DNA of 41,087 nucleotides from Lachnospiraceae bacterium (lineage in GTDB: Bacteria; Bacillota; Clostridia; Lachnospirales; Anaerotignaceae), in assembly GCA_015057875.1 (NCBI GenBank), contig SVDG01000001.1:1-41087 (forward strand), given 5' to 3'. Positions 36,328-41,087 of this stretch are shown here, in pieces. A program made the translations under genes and the position numbers. Under the pieces are notes generated by a model, which did not search any database, was not told the DNA's origin, and was given only the letters and a program-made list of their open reading frames with translations. The first letter of the stretch is position 1; each line of letters starts with the position of its first letter.

Positions 36328-37689
36328 TTATTTGCTTTTTTTCCATCCCTTGATGTTCTGCTGTCTTGCTCTTGCAACAGCAAGTTCATCCTCAGGTATA
36401 TCTTTTGTTATGGTAGATCCTGCGGCTATATAAGAGCCCTTTCCTACTGTAACGGGTGCAATAAGATTTGTGTTACAGCCTATGAAAGCATCATCCTCTA
36501 TAGTTGTACGGAACTTCTTCTTTCCGTCATAGTTTACAGTAACCGTACCACAGCCGAAGTTTATCCTCTCGCCCACATCACTGTCACCTATATAAGTAAG
36601 GTGAGATACCTTTGTACCGTTTCCGATAACGGAATTTTTAACCTCAACAAAGTCACCTATTTTAACATTATCGCCTATTTTTGAGTCGGGTCTTATATAA
36701 GCATAAGGGCCTACGGTAGTTTTCTTGCCAACATAAGCTTCTGTAGCACTTGTAAACTTAATCTCGGCACCGTCATCGACCGAAACATCCACAAGTTTTG
36801 TATAAGGGCCTATTTTACAATCATCGCCAATAACCGTATTCCCTTCAAGTACTGTTCCGGGATATATCACCGTATCCATACCTATTTTTACGGAAGGTGC
36901 AATATATGTATTTAAAGGGTCACAGATAGTTACACCGTTTTCCATATAGTATCTGTTGATACGTTTTTTCATTATTTCAGATGCCTCTGCAAGCTGAACT
37001 CTTGAATTTACACCATAAAACTCGCTTACATCGTTTACCGCCATAGCATTTACGCCCTCTCCGTCCTTAAGGAGTATCTCGAGGGTATCGGGAAGATAAT
37101 ATTCGCCCTGTGCATTGTTATTATTAAGCTTTTTAAGAGCTTTTTTAAGGCTTGAACCCTTAAAAACATAAACGCCTGTATTTATTTCCTTAACAAGCTT
37201 TTCTTCGTCTGTTGCATCCTTATGCTCAACATTTTTAACAAAAGCACCTTTTTCATCTCTTACTATGTGTCCGTATCCCGCAGGGTCATCCACTATAGCA
37301 GATATAATAGTAACACCATTATTTTCTTCCTTATGGAAATCAAGGAGTTTTTTAAGTGTATCTGCAGTAAGCAAAGGTGTATCTCCATAGAGGATAAGCA
37401 CATCCTTATTATCATCCAAAAATGCATCGGCACACATAACAGCGTGGCCTGTTCCCAGCTGTTCTTTCTGAAGATAATATTTAAGCTCTCTGTCTTTAAG
37501 CGCTTCCTTAACCTCATCGCCCTTAAAGCCTACAACAACAGCAACCTCATCGCTTCCTGCATTTTTAGCAGCATCTATAACGTGCTCTACCATTGTAATG
37601 CCCATTATTTTATGCAATACCTTAGGTAGTTTTGATTTCATCCTGCTGCCTTCACCGGCTGCAAGTATAAGTGTTTTCAAACCGGACAT
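36328..37689 (-). CDS. glmU: Bifunctional UDP-N-acetylglucosamine pyrophosphorylase / glucosamine-1-phosphate N-acetyltransferase
   Basis: LAAGEGSRMKS, YGDTPLL and C-terminal left-handed beta-helix hexapeptide repeats. The ATG at 37689 follows AAAGGTG. Confidence 0.95.
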   Translation of the reverse strand: MSGLKTLILAAGEGSRMKSKLPKVLHKIMGITMVEHVIDAAKNAGSDEVAVVVGFKGDEVKEALKDRELKYYLQKEQLGTGHAVMCADAFLDDNKDVLILYGDTPLLTADTLKKLLDFHKEENNGVTIISAIVDDPAGYGHIVRDEKGAFVKNVEHKDATDEEKLVKEINTGVYVFKGSSLKKALKKLNNNNAQGEYYLPDTLEILLKDGEGVNAMAVNDVSEFYGVNSRVQLAEASEIMKKRINRYYMENGVTICDPLNTYIAPSVKIGMDTVIYPGTVLEGNTVIGDDCKIGPYTKLVDVSVDDGAEIKFTSATEAYVGKKTTVGPYAYIRPDSKIGDNVKIGDFVEVKNSVIGNGTKVSHLTYIGDSDVGERINFGCGTVTVNYDGKKKFRTTIEDDAFIGCNTNLIAPVTVGKGSYIAAGSTITKDIPEDELAVARARQQNIKGWKKSK

Positions 37690-37810
37690 ATCTATCACCT
37701 TTCTTTATATATACAAATAAACTTTAGACCTTTGTATTTATTTTGTCAAATTTATTTTAGGCTTATAGCTTATAAAGCAATAAAAACACTCTTAACATAA
37801 TTCTATAAAA

Positions 37811-37842
37811 CAAAAGCACCCTGTGTACACAAGGTGCTTTTA
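37811..37842 (-). terminator. Terminator closing the adh, aor, moaD-like and membrane protein unit
   Basis: The minus strand reads AAAAGCACCTTGTG TACA CAGGGTGCTTTTGTTTT. Confidence 0.8.
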
Positions 37843-37851
37843 ACTATATTT

Positions 37852-38352
37852 TTAATGCTTCTTGCCTGTAATTGCTCCTACTATAGCATGTTCAACCTTT
37901 AAGAATACGAATGTTCCTACAAGTAATATTACAAGTCTTGCTATTGTAAGAGTAAAAATATCTGTTGTTATTATAGTTGCCGCATTGAAATAGATGAAAG
38001 ATATAGGGCCTGAAAACTTAGGTAAAAAGAACTGGCATCCGATTATAACAAACATTATTATAAATAACGCCGTAAGCACACCGGGTGTACCGCCTATTAC
38101 AGGAACTAACGCATGTTCAAGCATTACAAAAACCAATGCTGCGACAATACCGAAAGCTGCTGTTATAAAATATTTTTTCTCCGCTTCCTTTGTTCCGCCC
38201 AGAAGACCTATAAGGCTGGGGCCCATAAGTGCAGGCCAGAACTCAACGTGTTCAATGCCGGCAAATCCGCCGATCAAACTTTCAACAAAAATAAATACTG
38301 TTACCCAAAGAGCAATAAGAGCTGCAAGGATAGCATATTTTGTTTTATTCAT
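37852..38352 (-). CDS. Small polytopic membrane protein of unknown function (about 5 TM)
   Basis: 166 aa and hydrophobic throughout. RBS AAGGAAGGAG. It lies 52 nt downstream of the MoaD-like gene with no intervening terminator. Confidence 0.75.
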   Translation of the reverse strand: MNKTKYAILAALIALWVTVFIFVESLIGGFAGIEHVEFWPALMGPSLIGLLGGTKEAEKKYFITAAFGIVAALVFVMLEHALVPVIGGTPGVLTALFIIMFVIIGCQFFLPKFSGPISFIYFNAATIITTDIFTLTIARLVILLVGTFVFLKVEHAIVGAITGKKH

Positions 38353-38404
38353 ACCGAAAGGCTCCTTCCTTTGTTGTTAATTCTTATGTCCGGGGTCTTT
38401 CCGT

Positions 38405-38605
38405 TTATCCTCCCGATACCACACGCATTGTCAACACTTCGTCTCCGTCTTTAAGGAGGGTATCCTTGTAACTGTCGATTCCTACAAAGACTCCGCCTAC
38501 AGTTACAAGTACCGGTCCGTTTATATCTGTGTTCGCTTCCTTAAGCACATCCAACAAAGTGATCCCTTCATGATACGGGATAGAGAAATCGTTTACCTTT
38601 ATCAT
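38405..38605 (-). CDS. MoaD/ThiS-family ubiquitin-like sulfur-carrier protein (C-terminal GG)
   Basis: 66 aa ending ...MRVVSGG. The start is 2 nt after the AOR stop. Confidence 0.8.
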   Translation of the reverse strand: MIKVNDFSIPYHEGITLLDVLKEANTDINGPVLVTVGGVFVGIDSYKDTLLKDGDEVLTMRVVSGG

Positions 38606-38607
38606 AA

Positions 38608-40329
38608 TTAGAAATCGAAGAGTACTTCAAGCTCAACAGGGTTGATATCGAATTTTGAACCTGTAGCCTCTGATCTTTCATTATAGAAGAACTCAGGAAG
38701 CTTGTCATCTTCATCTGTAAATCCTGCAAGTTTGTTGAATGCTCTTTCTGTAAGTAATGTTTTAACACCTAAGCCAAGTGTTACTCTTGTAATATCAGCA
38801 GGGCCGCCATATAAGCCTGCCATCATATTGCCAAGAAGGTGCATCTTGGGAACGATGTGTGAGAATGCAAATAAGCACATCATACTGTCAGAGAAGCAGA
38901 TAGCAACCTGAAGTTTGTTTGATGCATAAGCCTGAGCTGCACGACCTGCGTCATCAAAAGCACGGCCCATTGTAAGAGCTGCTGTATGGTCAGCACCCTG
39001 AGGGCAAGTAGCATAAGTGATACCTGTACCCTTTGTGTTTCTGGGATCATATCCTGAAATAGCCTGATGTTTAACTACAGGGATACGTTTTGCACCTAAT
39101 TCAAGACCAACAGCCTCACAGCCATTACCTAAAACGTTGCCGAAGCCAACGCCGTTTCTCATATCCTCTAAAAGGCCGAGAACTGCATCTGCATCGCCCC
39201 ATTTGATGTAGTCACATTCCATAGCAACGGCACAAGCGTCACCCATCTCGATAGTGTCTACACCGATATCGTCACACATACGGTCCATCTGAGCGATCTT
39301 ATCAAGGTCGTTTATCATACAGTTAGGGCCGAAAAGTGCAATAGTCTCATACTCGAAACCACTTGTTACATAGTTTCCGTCCTTGTCGTGATAGATGTTT
39401 GAACACTGAACAGCACAACCGGGCTGGCAAGGTTTTTTGTTGCATCCGCCGCGTGTTGCAAGGTTAGCCATAAACTGTTCAACGCCTACACCTTTATAGT
39501 CTTTGTAAAGTCTTCCTGAGAAGTTCTTAACAGGAAGGATACCGTCTTTAGATGTTTTTTCAATAGTTGAAATCGTACCAAAGTTGTGGAAGGGATCCAC
39601 TTTAGCAGCATTAGCTACCATAGCGTTAAGCTCTTTAGCTGCATCTTTGAACATAGCCTCATCAGCATATTCAACTTTATAAGGTGTTGTGGGTTTTTCA
39701 ATAACAACCGCTTTAAGGCCTTTAACACCCATCAACGCACCAATACCGCCACGAGCAGCAACACGTGAAGGATGAAGAGTACCAAACTCTGTAAGCTGGA
39801 TAGAAGCAGCTTTGTATTTTCTTTCGCCGGCAGGTCCGATACATGCAACAGAGATGTTATCTCCGTATTTTTCTCTCATAGCATCAACAACTGCGTATGA
39901 ACCTAAACCGCGAAGTTCTTCTGCGTCAAGAAGCTCGGCAACACCGTCTTTGCCGATATGTAAATAGCGAAGCTTGTCATCAGCGGGAAGGTTATGAACT
40001 GTGATCATTCTTAATCCCTGCTCAGCCATAAGCTTAGCTACATATCCGCCTGAGCTACATTCTTTGATAGTTCCTGTAAGAGGGCTCTTTCCACCTACAG
40101 AGATACGGTGAGATGTTGTAAAGTTTGTTCCTGCAAGGACTCCTGTACAGAAAATGAGAACGTTCTGCTCTCCTAAAGGATCACATTTAGGATCCATTTT
40201 TCCGCCTTTAACTAAGTCCATCATATAATTAGCAATAAGTGCACGTCCGCCAAGCTGTAAATATGCCTCATCATAAGGAAGCTTTTCTACAGTAAATTTG
40301 GACATATCTATAACAAGTTTTGACCACAT
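38608..40329 (-). CDS. aor: Tungsten-type aldehyde:ferredoxin oxidoreductase (AOR family)
   Basis: 573 aa. The N-terminus KLVIDMSKFTVEKL...YLQLGGRALIA follows the AOR pattern. Also present are a Cys cluster CQPGCAVQC, the pterin-binding DDIGVDTIEMG and CPQGADHT. RBS AAGGAGAG. Confidence 0.9.
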   Translation of the reverse strand: MWSKLVIDMSKFTVEKLPYDEAYLQLGGRALIANYMMDLVKGGKMDPKCDPLGEQNVLIFCTGVLAGTNFTTSHRISVGGKSPLTGTIKECSSGGYVAKLMAEQGLRMITVHNLPADDKLRYLHIGKDGVAELLDAEELRGLGSYAVVDAMREKYGDNISVACIGPAGERKYKAASIQLTEFGTLHPSRVAARGGIGALMGVKGLKAVVIEKPTTPYKVEYADEAMFKDAAKELNAMVANAAKVDPFHNFGTISTIEKTSKDGILPVKNFSGRLYKDYKGVGVEQFMANLATRGGCNKKPCQPGCAVQCSNIYHDKDGNYVTSGFEYETIALFGPNCMINDLDKIAQMDRMCDDIGVDTIEMGDACAVAMECDYIKWGDADAVLGLLEDMRNGVGFGNVLGNGCEAVGLELGAKRIPVVKHQAISGYDPRNTKGTGITYATCPQGADHTAALTMGRAFDDAGRAAQAYASNKLQVAICFSDSMMCLFAFSHIVPKMHLLGNMMAGLYGGPADITRVTLGLGVKTLLTERAFNKLAGFTDEDDKLPEFFYNERSEATGSKFDINPVELEVLFDF

Positions 40330-40344
40330 TTATATTCTCTCCTT

Positions 40345-41087
40345 TCAGGCATCGTAAGCGCTCTTGAACATTTCAGCAACACGTGCAGCTGTTATACGGT
40401 AAGGGATAAGAGCAAAGCCTGTATCTGCTGTTACAACAGGTGCAAGAGGAAGAAGATCCTCAAGTGCAATGCCCCACTCTTTTAAATTCTTTAAGCCAAG
40501 GCTCTTACAGAAGTCACGTATTGTCTTTTTAGCAATAGCTCCGACTTCTTCCCAAGGTGTATCATCAGGAACATTTACGCCCATAGCTTCACAGATCATA
40601 ATTACCTTTTCTTTTTCAGTACGAGCTGTATACTCTATTACTTCAGGAAGGCAGAATGCACAAGCCTGACCGTGAGGAACATGGAATCTTGCACCGATCG
40701 TATGGCCAATACTGTGTCCAAGATGTACTAATGCATTTGTGAAAGCCATACCTGCGAAGAATGAAGCTTCCATCATTTTTTCACGGGCTACGATGTTTTT
40801 GCCGTCTGCAACAGCAACAGGGAGCCATTTATAGATAGTTCTGATAGCGTCACGGCAAAGAGCATCTGAAAGAGGGTTTGCCTGTGCACCTGTGATAGAC
40901 TCAACAACATGAGCAAATGCGTCAATACCTGTCTGTGCTGTAGGCACTGCAGGAAGACCTAAAGTAAGCTCTGCATCAAGGAATGCCATCTCACCTACAC
41001 ATACGGGAGAAACAACGCTGTCTTTTTTGTTTAATGAAACACAGCTGATAACACACATATTTGTTGTTTCAGAGCCTGTTCCTGCTG
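40345..41087 (-). CDS. Iron-containing alcohol dehydrogenase, C-terminal part (the gene continues beyond the window end)
   Basis: The frame is open to the window edge (...AGTGSETTNMCV...). Fe-ADH His ligands are present (AFAHVVES, LVHLGHSIGH, HVPHG). The stop is 15 nt upstream of the aor start. Confidence 0.85.
   Translation of the reverse strand, partial: AGTGSETTNMCVISCVSLNKKDSVVSPVCVGEMAFLDAELTLGLPAVPTAQTGIDAFAHVVESITGAQANPLSDALCRDAIRTIYKWLPVAVADGKNIVAREKMMEASFFAGMAFTNALVHLGHSIGHTIGARFHVPHGQACAFCLPEVIEYTARTEKEKVIMICEAMGVNVPDDTPWEEVGAIAKKTIRDFCKSLGLKNLKEWGIALEDLLPLAPVVTADTGFALIPYRITAARVAEMFKSAYDA

Noticed and set aside
1-41087. CRISPR arrays, rRNA genes, group II introns or retron-like elements.
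   Set aside because: I noticed no regularly spaced direct repeats, no rRNA-like conserved blocks and no reverse-transcriptase ORF on either strand.

Overview
This 41-kb segment comes from a spore-forming, low-GC Firmicute, probably a Clostridia-type organism. The evidence is an intact spoIIID, a T-box leader on alaS, Gram-positive lipoboxes, GGAGG-type ribosome-binding sites (RBSs) and hairpin/T-tract terminators. Most of it is ordinary chromosome: alaS, gltX, gap, prs, glmU, a two-gene SufC/SufB-like pair, an NfeD/SPFH pair, tRNA-Arg(CCT), an aconitase-family hydratase, an AEC transporter and a Bdh-like Fe-ADH. Two regions stand out. (1) Positions ~28-7950 form a ~7.7-kb island bracketed by two diverged direct copies of the spoIIID promoter and first ~42 codons. 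The island carries an orphan solute-binding lipoprotein and a membrane-bound Cache-like/LuxR regulator. Divergent from these is a tightly coupled seven-gene operon built almost entirely of short zinc-ribbon modules (about 16 by eye), plus a lipoprotein and a membrane anchor. No recognisable enzymatic domain and no recombinase is present. This is my best candidate for an undescribed system. (2) A tungsten-related gene set is split into two blocks: tupABC (with an apparently circularly permuted TupA), moeA and moeA-PBP fusion at 22.8-28.7 kb, and adh, tungsten-type aldehyde:ferredoxin oxidoreductase, a MoaD/ThiS-like GG protein and a small membrane protein at 37.8-41.1 kb. I also saw a mosaic hairpin-rich repeat that starts at the stop codons of both aaRS genes, with its core inverted relative to its flanks, and a YdjG/YdjH-like zinc-ribbon/TPM pair. 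No CRISPR array, transposase or integrase ORF is visible. All calls come from reading the sequence and ORF translations. Family assignments are from motif recognition and memory, not database searches.
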